64,000 bases of DNA from Clostridia bacterium (GCA_030154225.1 JASKKI010000002.1:21-64020), one strand, 5' to 3'. Counted from the first letter of the stretch, positions 53,633 through 63,436 are shown. Numbers and translations are program-made. Notes: a model not told the origin generated them from the sequence alone.

Positions 53633-56017
53633 TTAGTTCCTCCTTAATACTTCTACCAATTTCACAGCACTTACCGCATCTTTTCCATAACCGTCCGCTC
53701 CTGCTTCCAAGGCAAAATCACTGGTAACAACTGCTCCACCCACTATTATTTTTACATCGGGCAAATGGCTTCGCACATAATTAATAATTGCAGGTATTTC
53801 CTGCATGGTTGTAGTCATTAAGGCACTGAGAGCCAGTACTTGGGCTTTTTCTTTTTTCAGTGCAGTTAAAAAATCTTCCGCAGGTACATTTTTACCTAGA
53901 TCAACTACCTTATAGCCATGATTTTTAAGCATTACTGCTACCATATTTTTACCTATGTCGTGCACATCACCTTTCACAGTACCAATGACAACAGTATCTT
54001 TGCTAACTTTCTCGCTGCCTTCCATTCTTTTTTCCAGTATTGCAAAGGCTTTTTGGGCTGTTTCGGCACTAAGCATCAGTTGGGGTAAATAATATTCTCC
54101 TTTTTCGAATTTTTCCCCAACAACATTTAGACCAGGTATTAAACCTTCATTAATAATTTGCAAAGACTTTAATCCTTCAGCAAGTAAAGTTTCAATTACT
54201 TTAACAATATCCCGGGAACCTTTAATAACCATTTGTTTTACCAGTTCTAGAGAAGGTTTTTCATCTTTAATACTTATGTGAACTTTTTCCACTTCCTGGC
54301 TGTTAAATTGTAAATAGTTAGCCGCCCTTTCGTCCCTTCCCGCTAATAAAGAGGCGCTTTGCCAGGTAGCAAGCATATTTTCATCTAAAGGATTGATAAT
54401 AGCCAAATCCAATCCACTGGCAATGGCCATGGCCAGGAAGGCGGCATTAAGCTTACCCCTATTCGGTAAACCATGGGAGACATTGCTTACACCCAAGATG
54501 GTATTAACCCCCAGACCTTCCTTTACCAGTCTGATGGCCTTTAAAGTCTCACTAGGGGCCAGATCATCTGTACCAACGGTCATAACCAGGCAGTCAACAT
54601 AAATATCCTTTTTAGGTATACCAAATTCACTACATTTTTTTATTATCTTTTCAGCAATTAAATACCGCTCTTCCCCTTTTTTAGGAATGCCCTTTTCATC
54701 TAAAGTTAAGGCGATTACTCCAGCGCCATAACGTTTAATTAAAGGCAGTATAGCATTCAAACTGGCCTTTTCACCATTTACCGAATTTACCAAAGCTTTA
54801 CCGTGATAAGTTTTTAGGGCTTTCTCAATTACCTCAGGGTTAGTGGAGTCGACAACTAAAGGAGTTAGTATATTTTGCTGTAATAAGTTGATAATTTTTT
54901 TCATTGCCATTTTTTCATCGAGACCATGGGTACCCACATTGATATCTAATAAATGGGCACCGGCATCGGCCTGGACCTCTGCTTCAGCCTGCACCAGACC
55001 ATAATCTTCCTGTCTTAAAGCTTCGGCCAGTTTTTTGCGGGCCGTCGGGTTGATCCTTTCTCCAATAATTTTTGGTAAAAGATTTGGTCCTATCCTTACC
55101 ACCTTTTCTCTACTGGCTAGAGCACTACCCTTTTCAGTTTCCCGTGCATCGGGTTCAAACCCTCTTAATCTTTCCTTTAACACCCGGGTATGTTGGGGGG
55201 TACTACCACAGCAAGAACCAAATAAGTTAATCCCTAAATGGAAATATGGTTCCATGACTTTCGTAAATTCACCAGCCCCTAAGGGGTAATAAACTTGGCC
55301 ATCTTTAAATTGGGGCAATCCAGCATTGGGCTGTACTAAAATCGGTAGTTTAGTATTTCTCGCTAATTCTTTGATAACAGGCAATAATTCTTCAGGCCCA
55401 CCCGAGCAATTAGCTCCTACACCAGCAGCCCCTAAGCTTTCTAAAACAATAGCGGCACTTTGAGGGCTAACCCCGGTGAGAGTCCGCCCACCACTAAAGG
55501 TAAGACAGGCGATAACCGGGAGAGAGCAGACATCCCGGGCAGCTAAAAGTGCGGCCCTAATTTCTCCTAAATCACTGAATGTTTCCAAAAGAATTAAATC
55601 TGGGTCTGCGGCTGCTAAAGCTCCTATTTGCTCTTTATATACTTCATAGATATCATCAAAAGATATCCTTCCCATTGGTTCTACAAATTGGCCTGTTGGC
55701 CCTACCGAGGCGGCAACCAGGCAGTGGCAATCTTTGGTAAGGGTTTTGGCAATTTCTACTGCCTTTTGGTTAATTTCAACAACTTTATCCTTTAAACCAT
55801 ATTCGGCCAATTTAATAGCATTAGCTCCAAAAGTATTGGTGGTAATTACATCGGCACCGGCTTCGAGATAAGCCAAATGAACTTCTGCCACTTTCACCGC
55901 TTCTTCTATATTCATTAATTCAGGACAGGCACCTGGCTTCAATCCCTTTTCTTGAAGGAGGGTACCCATTGCACCATCAAATACTAGTACTTTTTCTAAA
56001 ACATTTTTCTGGACCAC
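53633..56017 (-). CDS. metH: Cobalamin-dependent methionine synthase core (Hcy, pterin, B12 domains; no activation domain)
   Basis: FDGAMGT, GSCCGSTP, pterin-binding region and B12 motif GDVHDIGKN. Likely start is GTG 56017 (GGGAG 8 nt upstream); the track start is 56026. Confidence 0.85.
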   Translation of the reverse strand: MVQKNVLEKVLVFDGAMGTLLQEKGLKPGACPELMNIEEAVKVAEVHLAYLEAGADVITTNTFGANAIKLAEYGLKDKVVEINQKAVEIAKTLTKDCHCLVAASVGPTGQFVEPMGRISFDDIYEVYKEQIGALAAADPDLILLETFSDLGEIRAALLAARDVCSLPVIACLTFSGGRTLTGVSPQSAAIVLESLGAAGVGANCSGGPEELLPVIKELARNTKLPILVQPNAGLPQFKDGQVYYPLGAGEFTKVMEPYFHLGINLFGSCCGSTPQHTRVLKERLRGFEPDARETEKGSALASREKVVRIGPNLLPKIIGERINPTARKKLAEALRQEDYGLVQAEAEVQADAGAHLLDINVGTHGLDEKMAMKKIINLLQQNILTPLVVDSTNPEVIEKALKTYHGKALVNSVNGEKASLNAILPLIKRYGAGVIALTLDEKGIPKKGEERYLIAEKIIKKCSEFGIPKKDIYVDCLVMTVGTDDLAPSETLKAIRLVKEGLGVNTILGVSNVSHGLPNRGKLNAAFLAMAIASGLDLAIINPLDENMLATWQSASLLAGRDERAANYLQFNSQEVEKVHISIKDEKPSLELVKQMVIKGSRDIVKVIETLLAEGLKSLQIINEGLIPGLNVVGEKFEKGEYYLPQLMLSAETAQKAFAILEKRMEGSEKVSKDTVVIGTVKGDVHDIGKNMVAVMLKNHGYKVVDLGKNVPAEDFLTALKKEKAQVLALSALMTTTMQEIPAIINYVRSHLPDVKIIVGGAVVTSDFALEAGADGYGKDAVSAVKLVEVLRRN

Positions 56018-56106
56018 TGTTCTCACTCCCTGCTAGGTGTTGTATAGCAATATAGCTTATTATATTTTATAATATCACAGTATTAAAGCCTATGGTATAA
56101 AAGTTT

Positions 56107-56134
56107 AAAAAAAAAGCAAGACCATAGGTCTTGC
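56107..56134 (-). terminator. Terminator after the glutamate synthase operon
   Basis: Minus strand: GCAAGACC-TAT-GGTCTTGC followed by T9. Confidence 0.75.
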
Positions 56135-56155
56135 CTTAGGATAGGGGGTTATCCC

Positions 56156-56902
56156 TTAATACTTGGCATATAAATTTCCATAGGGCCTGGTATTGTAAGG
56201 GATTAATTTAACAAAAGGTTTTTGCATTATTTCCTGGTAATCTATATTAAAAAATTCAGCATAATTTTTTACATACTTGCTTATAATAATTAAATCCTCT
56301 TCTTCTACAGGTACTACCTTAACCTCTTTACCTAATTGGTACTCTTCTACTTCTCCCCTTAAATAGATAACTCCACCATGCATTCCTGTACCGCAAAAAT
56401 CACCCACTATTTTTTCACCAGGTGGGAGATCCAAGCCCAGGACAATTTGAATTCCACCAGCCATGTATTCGGCAAAAAAGTCCCCTGCTCTACCTCCGAC
56501 AACTATCACGGGATTCTTGTCTTTATATCCCTTCATATGGATACCTACCCGGTAACCAACATTACCTTTAACATAAATTTCTCCACCCCGCATAGCATAT
56601 CCCAGGGTATCCCCGGCATTTCCGTGGATGATAATAATTCCATCATTCATGGTATTACCTATGGCATCCTGAGCATTACCGTTAATGATAAGTTTTAAGC
56701 CATCCATATAGGCAGCCATATCATTGCCAGGAGTACCATTAATAACCAGTGTTTGTGAACCGGAAATGCCATCCCCTATATAGCGCTGGCCATTAACATT
56801 ATCCAGAACAAGTTCATTGACACCTGTTCTTAATACTTCCCTGATTCGCTCGTTCAAGTCTTTATAATAAATTCCTTTAGCATCAATAACTACTGACATC
56901 AA
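56156..56902 (-). CDS. Glutamate synthase GXGXG-domain subunit (GltB C-terminal domain homologue)
   Basis: Repeated G-rich beta-helix motifs (INGTPGND, IHGNAGDTLGYAMRGGEIYVKGNVGYR). Confidence 0.8.
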   Translation of the reverse strand: MMSVVIDAKGIYYKDLNERIREVLRTGVNELVLDNVNGQRYIGDGISGSQTLVINGTPGNDMAAYMDGLKLIINGNAQDAIGNTMNDGIIIIHGNAGDTLGYAMRGGEIYVKGNVGYRVGIHMKGYKDKNPVIVVGGRAGDFFAEYMAGGIQIVLGLDLPPGEKIVGDFCGTGMHGGVIYLRGEVEEYQLGKEVKVVPVEEEDLIIISKYVKNYAEFFNIDYQEIMQKPFVKLIPYNTRPYGNLYAKY

Positions 56903-58173
56903 GCTATTCCTCCCCTCAACAACCTACTTTTTCTTAGCTCCTGGGGAAGGTCGATATAACCAAACCCATCTTTTAGAAGTACTTCTTTAAAATCTGCTAC
57001 ATTTATTTTATCTTTTATTAAACTGGTAACTATACCTGCTCTATCAACTTTATTTAAATAAATATATCCTACTACGACATTATCTTTCAAAATTATTTTC
57101 TTATAATAACCCTGTTCGGGAACGGATTTGACCAGGACCTCGTAATTTTCATCTTCAGACTTAATAATTCCTGCTGTAATCATTGGTAAGCCAAAAAAAC
57201 CAATGGAGTTCATAGCAAAACCGCCATTAAAAATACTGATCTTGCCTGCCATGTTTAGACCAGCAGTTTCACCCTGGTTGTAAGCATTAGGTAAAATAGG
57301 TAATACCCTTTGCTGGGCATAAACAATGTCATAGCCCTCGGTCACGTCTCCCGCAGCATACACATCATCTATACTGGTCTGGCAGTAATCATTAATGACA
57401 ATTCCTCTACTTACGGCAATTTGAGAATCCTTAACTATTTCAGTATTAGGTCTAACCCCTACTGCTACTACTACTATATCTGCTGCATAAGACTTGCCAT
57501 TTTTAAGGCTAACACCTTCTACTTTTTCTGAACCGGTAATAGCTTCTACTGAAGTGTTTAGTTCAAATTTAATACCCTGTTTTTCCAAGTGAGCCTGCAC
57601 AATACCTGCTGCATCTTCATCTAGTATGGCCGGCAAAACCCTGTTGGCTAATTCTACTACTGTTACATCTACTCCCAGGTTTGTTAAACCCTCAGCCGCT
57701 TTCAAACCAATTAAACCTGCCCCAATTATAACAGCTTTGTTTCCGACCATAACTACTTCTTTAATTGCTTTGATATCATCCATTTTAATAAATGTAAACA
57801 CATTATTTTTATCTAAACCAGCCATAGGCGGAATAAAGGGTACACTTCCCGTAGCAATTAATAATTTATCATATGGTACCTTTTCATCATTTTCTAAAAC
57901 AACCTCTTTATTACCCGTATCAACAGCTACTACCTTTGTACCCAGCATGGTAGTAACCTTATTTTTCTCATAAAAATCATGTTTCCGGTAGAGCATTTTA
58001 TCTTCTGCTACTTTACCCGCTAAATAATAGGATATCAAGGGGCGGGAATAAGTATGATAAGGCTCATCGGAAATAAGAACAATAGGGTTTGTTTTGTCAA
58101 CCTGACGAATACCTTCTACAGCACCTATTGCTGCTGCAGAATTGCCAATAATAACATAATTCATCTTTCCCAC
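56899..58173 (-). CDS. FAD/NAD(P)-dependent pyridine nucleotide-disulfide oxidoreductase (electron-input subunit)
   Basis: VIIGNSAAAIGA and VIIGAGLIGLKAAE Rossmann motifs, and AAGDV. Confidence 0.75.
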   Translation of the reverse strand: MGKMNYVIIGNSAAAIGAVEGIRQVDKTNPIVLISDEPYHTYSRPLISYYLAGKVAEDKMLYRKHDFYEKNKVTTMLGTKVVAVDTGNKEVVLENDEKVPYDKLLIATGSVPFIPPMAGLDKNNVFTFIKMDDIKAIKEVVMVGNKAVIIGAGLIGLKAAEGLTNLGVDVTVVELANRVLPAILDEDAAGIVQAHLEKQGIKFELNTSVEAITGSEKVEGVSLKNGKSYAADIVVVAVGVRPNTEIVKDSQIAVSRGIVINDYCQTSIDDVYAAGDVTEGYDIVYAQQRVLPILPNAYNQGETAGLNMAGKISIFNGGFAMNSIGFFGLPMITAGIIKSEDENYEVLVKSVPEQGYYKKIILKDNVVVGYIYLNKVDRAGIVTSLIKDKINVADFKEVLLKDGFGYIDLPQELRKSRLLRGGIA

Positions 58174-58176
58174 CTC

Positions 58177-58647
58177 CTATTTTCCTTTGGCTAAATAAAA
58201 GGGCTCTTCTCCGTATTCTAAAGCCCTGTTAGGACAATGTTCCACACAAGCCGGTACCTTACCGTTTTCACTGCATAAATCACATTTAGAAGCAACTTTA
58301 TGACCCCGTTCATCCCGCTGGATAGCTCCATAAGGACAAACCAGAATACAAGTCCAACAGCCTACACATCTATCTTCTTCATTGGTTACTATCCCTGTTT
58401 CCGGATCCTTTTGCATAGCTCCTACAATACAGGCTTTGGTACAAGGAGCATCATCACAGTGCCGGCACTGCAGGGCAAAAGAAACGGGTTTATTTTCCTC
58501 CACCAAAATACGACTTACCGGAGGATTAGTATCCTTTTTAAAAGTTTTGATCAGATCATTTTTATATTTAGAATGGGCTGCTATGCAATGGATTTCACAT
58601 AACTTGCAGCCAACACAGTATTCTTCCCGAGCATAAACACGTTTCAC
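58177..58647 (-). CDS. 4Fe-4S dicluster ferredoxin-domain protein
   Basis: Several CxxCxxCxxxC(P) motifs (CVGCKLCEIHC, CVGCWTCILVCP). Confidence 0.8.
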   Translation of the reverse strand: MKRVYAREEYCVGCKLCEIHCIAAHSKYKNDLIKTFKKDTNPPVSRILVEENKPVSFALQCRHCDDAPCTKACIVGAMQKDPETGIVTNEEDRCVGCWTCILVCPYGAIQRDERGHKVASKCDLCSENGKVPACVEHCPNRALEYGEEPFYLAKGK

Positions 58648-58658
58648 TTGTTTCCCTC

Positions 58659-60161
58659 CTATTCTCCTGCGGCTTTTATACCCAGAATATTTAACTCACG
58701 GTCTGTTAAACCAATACCTCTTAACATGAGACGATTGCCCCGCAGGGATTCTAAAGCATTAATACCCATGCCGCCAAGTAATTCCTCAATTTCATGGGCC
58801 CATGCTTTTAAGAGGTTAGCTGCCCGTTCAGCGCCAATTTCCGGATTAAGCCGCTTGTATAGTTGAGGGTCCTGAGTGGCAATACCCCAATTGCATTTGC
58901 CTGTGTAACATTTTTGACATAAATGACAACCCAGAGCAATTAATGCCCCTGTTCCTATATAGACAGCATCTGCTCCCAGAGCAATGGCTTTCACAATATC
59001 GGTACTATTTCTGATAGAGCCACCGATAACCAGGGATGCTTTGTTTCTGATTCCTTCTTCCCGTAGACGTGTATCAACAGCAGCCAAAGCAAATTCAATG
59101 GGTATTCCCACACTGTCCCTGGTTCTTAAAGGAGCGGCACCGGTTCCGCCCCGATAACCGTCAATAACTACTACGTCAGCACCAGCCCGAACTATACCGG
59201 AGGCAATGGCTGCCACATTATGAACAGCAGCAATTTTTACAAAAACAGGTTTTTGATATTCTGTAGCCTCTTTTAAGGAATAAATAAGCTGGCGTAAATC
59301 CTCTATTGAATAAATGTCATGGTGAGGTGCCGGTGATAAGGCATCTGTACCTAGTGGAATCATCCTGGTTTTTGAAACTTCCTCACCAACTTTTTCACCA
59401 GGTAAATGACCACCGATACCTGGCTTGGCACCCTGACCTATTTTGATTTCAATTGCAGCCCCTGCCTTCAGGTAATCTGGATTAATACCAAAACGGCCGG
59501 AGGCTACCTGAACAATAGTATGGTCACCATACTGTACCAGGTCCCTATGCAAACCACCTTCTCCAGTATTCCAGTATGTTCCAACCTGCTGGGCAGCAGC
59601 CGCCAGGGATTTATGAGCATTAAGGCTAATTGAGCCAAAGGACATAGCGGAAAACATAATGGGTACATCTAATTCCAGCTGTGGTGGGATATCTTCTAAA
59701 AGCTTCCCATTTTTTATTTTTAAGAAGTCAGGTTTTCTACCTAAATAAGTTTTCAACTCCATAGGCTCCCGTAAAGGGTCAATAGAAGGGTTGGTAACCT
59801 GACTGGCATTTAACAACATGTGATCCCAGTAAATAGGATAAGGCCTATCATTACCCATCCCGGTAAGTAAAACCCCTCCGGTTTCCGCTTGCAAATATAT
59901 GGCCCTAATGGTTTCCGGTGTCCAGTTGGCGTTATATCTAAATTCTAATGGAAACCTTCTAACAGATAGTGCCCTAGTCGGGCACATTACAACACAACGG
60001 TGACAGTTAACACAATTGGCATCTTCTGAATAAACTTTTTGTTCTTCTTCATCCCATTTATGGGCTTCATTGGCACATTGGCGCACACAAACCTGACAAT
60101 CAATACATCTATCTTTATCTCTTTCAATAATAAAAGCTGGTGTCATGTAATTTAAGCTCAT
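58659..60161 (-). CDS. Glutamate synthase FMN-binding domain subunit with an N-terminal 2x[4Fe-4S] module
   Basis: CIDCQVCVRQC and CVNCHRCVVMCP, then GltB domain-2 motifs (QGAKPGIGGHLPG, IDGYRGGTGAAP). Confidence 0.85.
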   Translation of the reverse strand: MSLNYMTPAFIIERDKDRCIDCQVCVRQCANEAHKWDEEEQKVYSEDANCVNCHRCVVMCPTRALSVRRFPLEFRYNANWTPETIRAIYLQAETGGVLLTGMGNDRPYPIYWDHMLLNASQVTNPSIDPLREPMELKTYLGRKPDFLKIKNGKLLEDIPPQLELDVPIMFSAMSFGSISLNAHKSLAAAAQQVGTYWNTGEGGLHRDLVQYGDHTIVQVASGRFGINPDYLKAGAAIEIKIGQGAKPGIGGHLPGEKVGEEVSKTRMIPLGTDALSPAPHHDIYSIEDLRQLIYSLKEATEYQKPVFVKIAAVHNVAAIASGIVRAGADVVVIDGYRGGTGAAPLRTRDSVGIPIEFALAAVDTRLREEGIRNKASLVIGGSIRNSTDIVKAIALGADAVYIGTGALIALGCHLCQKCYTGKCNWGIATQDPQLYKRLNPEIGAERAANLLKAWAHEIEELLGGMGINALESLRGNRLMLRGIGLTDRELNILGIKAAGE

Positions 60162-60177
60162 ATGTCAACATCCCTTT

Positions 60178-61323
60178 CTATAGTGCAACAGAATGACGTA
60201 CAACTTCTTCCTCTTGTGTTTCATCAAAACAATAAAGACTTTCTTTACCATCCAGGAGGCCGATAACCGGTTCTCCACCGCGAGGAGCCCATGTTTTATC
60301 AGGGTTTTTGCATATTTCTAAAATGGCCGATTCTTCACTGGCAATGTAGAGATTGTCGCCTTTTTCCGCCGCTACTAAAGAACGTAATTTTAAACGATCA
60401 TTTAAGGCCATAAAGCCATTAGTACTTCCTAGAATAATAGAGAAAGGCCCGTTAATTAACAAGCTGCTGAATACAGCCCGTAAGGATTTCATAAGTTTTT
60501 GTTGTTCCGGGTTCATTCGGGAAATTTTCGACCAGAAAGGAGCAGCAACTATATTGATGGCACTGTCTAAAGGCAATCCGAATTTTCTTAATAATAAGTC
60601 AAAAATATAGGTAATAGCTTCTGTATCGGTTTGCAAAGTACATTTATAACCATACATCTCTAAATAACGTCTATTGGCATCATAGGAGGAAATTTCTCCA
60701 TTATGAACTATAGTCCAATCAAGTAAACTAAAGGGATGGGCTCCGCCCCACCAACCCGGTGTATTGGTTGGAAAACGCCCGTGGGCAGTCCAAATATATC
60801 CTTTATATTCATCCAAACGGTAGAAATCACCAATATCCTCTGGATAACCTACACCTTTAAAAGTTCCCATGTTTTTACCACTGGAAAATACGTAAGCCCC
60901 CTCTAATTCACTGTTAATTTTCATTACAAAATTTACAACATACTCGGCCTCTGTTTCATTGGCCTGTATTTGGTTAGCTTTGGGTTTAGCAAAATAACGC
61001 CAGATAAGTGGTGCTTTCCCGATAGAGCTAACATCCCTGGTGGGAATGGGCTCTGCTAGTTCAATATTGAAAAGCTTATTTAAAACAAATTCCGTTTCCT
61101 GTTTTACTTTTTTATTTTCATAGAATAAGTGAAAAGCATAGTGGTTCTTAAATTCAGGATATATTCCGTAAGCGGCAAAACCTCCGCCTAATCCATTGGA
61201 TCGATCATGCATTACAGCTATAGACTTGATAATATCCCGGCCGGAAAAAACCTCACCCTTTTTATTCATAATCCCACTAATGGCACATCCTGCCGGAATT
61301 CTAACTTGACCTTCTTTTAACAT
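60178..61323 (-). CDS. Glutamate synthase class-II glutamine amidotransferase subunit
   Basis: N-terminal nucleophile context PAGCAISGIM; HGRFPTNTPG and IVHNGEISS are typical of GATase_2. Confidence 0.8.
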   Translation of the reverse strand: MLKEGQVRIPAGCAISGIMNKKGEVFSGRDIIKSIAVMHDRSNGLGGGFAAYGIYPEFKNHYAFHLFYENKKVKQETEFVLNKLFNIELAEPIPTRDVSSIGKAPLIWRYFAKPKANQIQANETEAEYVVNFVMKINSELEGAYVFSSGKNMGTFKGVGYPEDIGDFYRLDEYKGYIWTAHGRFPTNTPGWWGGAHPFSLLDWTIVHNGEISSYDANRRYLEMYGYKCTLQTDTEAITYIFDLLLRKFGLPLDSAINIVAAPFWSKISRMNPEQQKLMKSLRAVFSSLLINGPFSIILGSTNGFMALNDRLKLRSLVAAEKGDNLYIASEESAILEICKNPDKTWAPRGGEPVIGLLDGKESLYCFDETQEEEVVRHSVAL

Positions 61324-61555
61324 ATTTATAACCCCCTTTGGTTTTTTACTTATCCCCCATTGGAATTTATCTGTTTTATAACAGCATTTATTAAATGGTC
61401 ATTGTATTATATCATTATAAACAAAACAATTTCTTTTACAATAGATTTTTAACAGAAATAATGTATACACAACAAATATATTGTATACAGTGTTATATAA
61501 TACTTTAAGCTTAAATTATCTGTATTAATTTTAAATTTCGAAAATTTTACACATT

Positions 61556-61783
61556 AAAAATCCGCCTTTGGGCGGATCAGACTGTTGACAAAATATTAAT
61601 ACAAAAACAAACCCTTATGATATATGAAAAACAAAACATTGGCGAGTTAAAATAAATGAAAGCAGATGCTCTAAGATTTGAATTAGGCGAGTTTTGATAA
61701 TTCCTTGGAGCTTTGAGTTCATTCAAAAAATTTGTCTGAGCCTGTGTAGTTTTGATAAATATATGGGGTTTGCCTACAAATGG
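61556..61783. repeat. Structured intergenic element, CAGAC family, copy 1 (terminator hairpin plus about 205-nt body)
   Basis: AAAAATCCGCC-TTTG-GGCGGAT, then CAGACTGTTGACAAAATATT..CAAACCCTTAT....GCTCTAAG..CTTGGAGC....GGGGTTTG. See the findings. Confidence 0.8.
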
Positions 61784-61802
61784 AATCCGCCACTAGGGCG
61801 GA

Positions 61803-62375
61803 TTATTTGTTCCTTGCTTTCCATTTGGGAACAATAGGCAAATCTTCATATTCCTCTTTAAGTATGGCCAAAATCCACAAGTCTATATATTTACCTTCAA
61901 TAAATGAATGCTTTCTTAAACGTCCTTCTGCTTTAAATCCAAAATTAAGTGCAGAGTTTAGACCCAATTCATTATTATCATGTACTTTTAAATAACATTT
62001 TTCAAACCCCAGTTGATAAAAAACAATATCTAGTAGAACTATCATCATATCTATACCATAACCTGCTAAACGTCTATCTTTTTCACCTATTCCCAATACA
62101 ATTTCCGCATTACCATTTTGCCTGTTTATATTCCTAATACTGGCTACCCCAATGGGTAACTCATCCTGTTTTCTGAGTACAATAAAGTTTACTTTGGTAG
62201 CTTTGGGATCATCCAATGTACTTTCCTCACGGATTTCTTGTAATATACTATCTAAGGAAATACTGGAATAGGCATCATACAATTGCCTAAACTCCTTATC
62301 CATATACCACTTTTGTAAAATTGGTGCATCCTTTTCCTGAGGCTGGCGCATAGTAATTTTGCGGCCCTTCCACAT
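61803..62375 (-). CDS. GNAT-family N-acetyltransferase (RimJ/RimL-like)
   Basis: Acetyltransf_3-like (RRLAGYGIDMMIVLLDIVF..LGFEKCYLKV). AGGTGAGGTG RBS. Confidence 0.8.
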   Translation of the reverse strand: MWKGRKITMRQPQEKDAPILQKWYMDKEFRQLYDAYSSISLDSILQEIREESTLDDPKATKVNFIVLRKQDELPIGVASIRNINRQNGNAEIVLGIGEKDRRLAGYGIDMMIVLLDIVFYQLGFEKCYLKVHDNNELGLNSALNFGFKAEGRLRKHSFIEGKYIDLWILAILKEEYEDLPIVPKWKARNK

Positions 62376-62489
62376 TTGTTTTCACCTCACCTTATTAGTG
62401 ACTAGTTTTTTATTAATTAGATTTGTATAATATTTTTCCCCGCTATTAATTAAATTCCTTCTTTCATTATTATTATTTTACCCATATTT

Positions 62490-62700
62490 AAAAAATCGAC
62501 TAAGTCGATTTTCAGACTATTGACAAAATATTGATACAAAAACAAACCCTTATTATTTATCAAAAACGAAACATCGACGTGTTAAAATAATTGAACGCAG
62601 AGGCTCTAAGATTAGAATTAGGAGAGTTTTGATAATTCCTTAGAGCCTTGAGTTCATTCAAATAATTTGTCTGAGCGTGTTTAGTTTTGATAAATATACA
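62490..62700. repeat. Structured intergenic element, CAGAC family, copy 2
   Basis: AAAAAATCGAC-TAA-GTCGATTTT, then CAGACTATTGACAAAATATT.. Collinear with copy 1 throughout. Confidence 0.8.
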
Positions 62701-62731
62701 TCGAAGTTATCTTTCTTCCAGGTTGATGTTG

Positions 62732-63100
62732 TTATTGGGGGAGACAAATATTTTGACCTGCTTTTAGATTATTTGGATTAATTCCGGGATTAGCTTTAAG
62801 AATTTTAGCTACAGTTAGGTTTGTCTCTTTGGCAATTTTATAAATTGTATCCCCAGGAGCGATCTCCCAATAAACACCACCTGGACATTTAGGAAGCTTT
62901 TTTAAATTGGATAAATTTTTCCCACCTTCAGGAATACAAATTTTATCACCTATTTTTAATTTTTCCGGACTAACATGGGGATTGGCATTAATAAGTTCCT
63001 TAAGGGAAACATTGGTTGCTTTAGCAATTTTATAAAGGGTATCTCCTCTAGCTATTTCCCAGTATACTCCGCTGGGGCAAGGCGGCAATTGTCGTTTCAC
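62732..63100 (-). CDS. Tandem LysM-domain protein
   Basis: Two copies of CP.GVYWEIA.GDT.YKIAK.TN...K.L..ANP. GTG start after AAGGAGAG. Confidence 0.8.
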   Translation of the reverse strand: MKRQLPPCPSGVYWEIARGDTLYKIAKATNVSLKELINANPHVSPEKLKIGDKICIPEGGKNLSNLKKLPKCPGGVYWEIAPGDTIYKIAKETNLTVAKILKANPGINPNNLKAGQNICLPQ

Positions 63101-63235
63101 GAAACAACTCTCCTTTAATTATATTTACTATAAATACCTTATGTTTATTAAGAAAAGAATGTGCCAATTTTAGGCTATTTACTAGTTCTAAGATAACTAT
63201 TACTGAGTGCCCCTTATGAAGTATCTGTAAAGGGT

Positions 63236-63410
63236 AAAAAACCGAGCAATGCTCGGTTTTCAGACTTTTGGCAAAGTATTAAGACAAAAAAACCCCTTAT
63301 TATTTATTAAAAACTACACATTAGATTCCTTGGAGCCTTGAGTTAATTCAGAAAATTTGTCTGAGCCTGTGTAGTTTTAATAAATATATATATGGGGTTT
63401 TCTACAAAAT
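63236..63410. repeat. Structured intergenic element, CAGAC family, copy 3 (internal deletion of about 65 nt)
   Basis: AAAAAACCGAGC-AAT-GCTCGGTTTT, then CAGACTTTTGGCAAAGTATT.. It lacks the left half of the inner stem, but its outer stem is nearly perfect. Confidence 0.8.
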
Positions 63411-63436
63411 GTATAGTCTATAGACTATTAGCTTTT

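Noticed and set aside
61324-61555. GlnR/TnrA box upstream of the glutamate synthase operon.
   Set aside because: TGTATACA repeats and TGTTATAAAACA do not fit TGTNA-N7-TNACA in spacing. I left this as an open question rather than a call.
61583-61590. TTGACA at the start of the CAGAC-family elements as a -35 promoter box.
   Set aside because: No acceptable -10 hexamer lies 16-19 nt downstream in any copy, and copy 3 has TTGGCA.
61655-61700. Conserved mini-ORF inside CAGAC-family copies 1 and 2 (MKADALRFELGEF versus (L)NAEALRLELGEF).
   Set aside because: There is no Shine-Dalgarno sequence, the start is ATG in one copy and TTG in the other, and the region is deleted in copy 3. The conservation is better explained by the inner RNA/DNA stem. 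A 35-codon minus-strand ORF in copy 1 is interrupted in copy 2.
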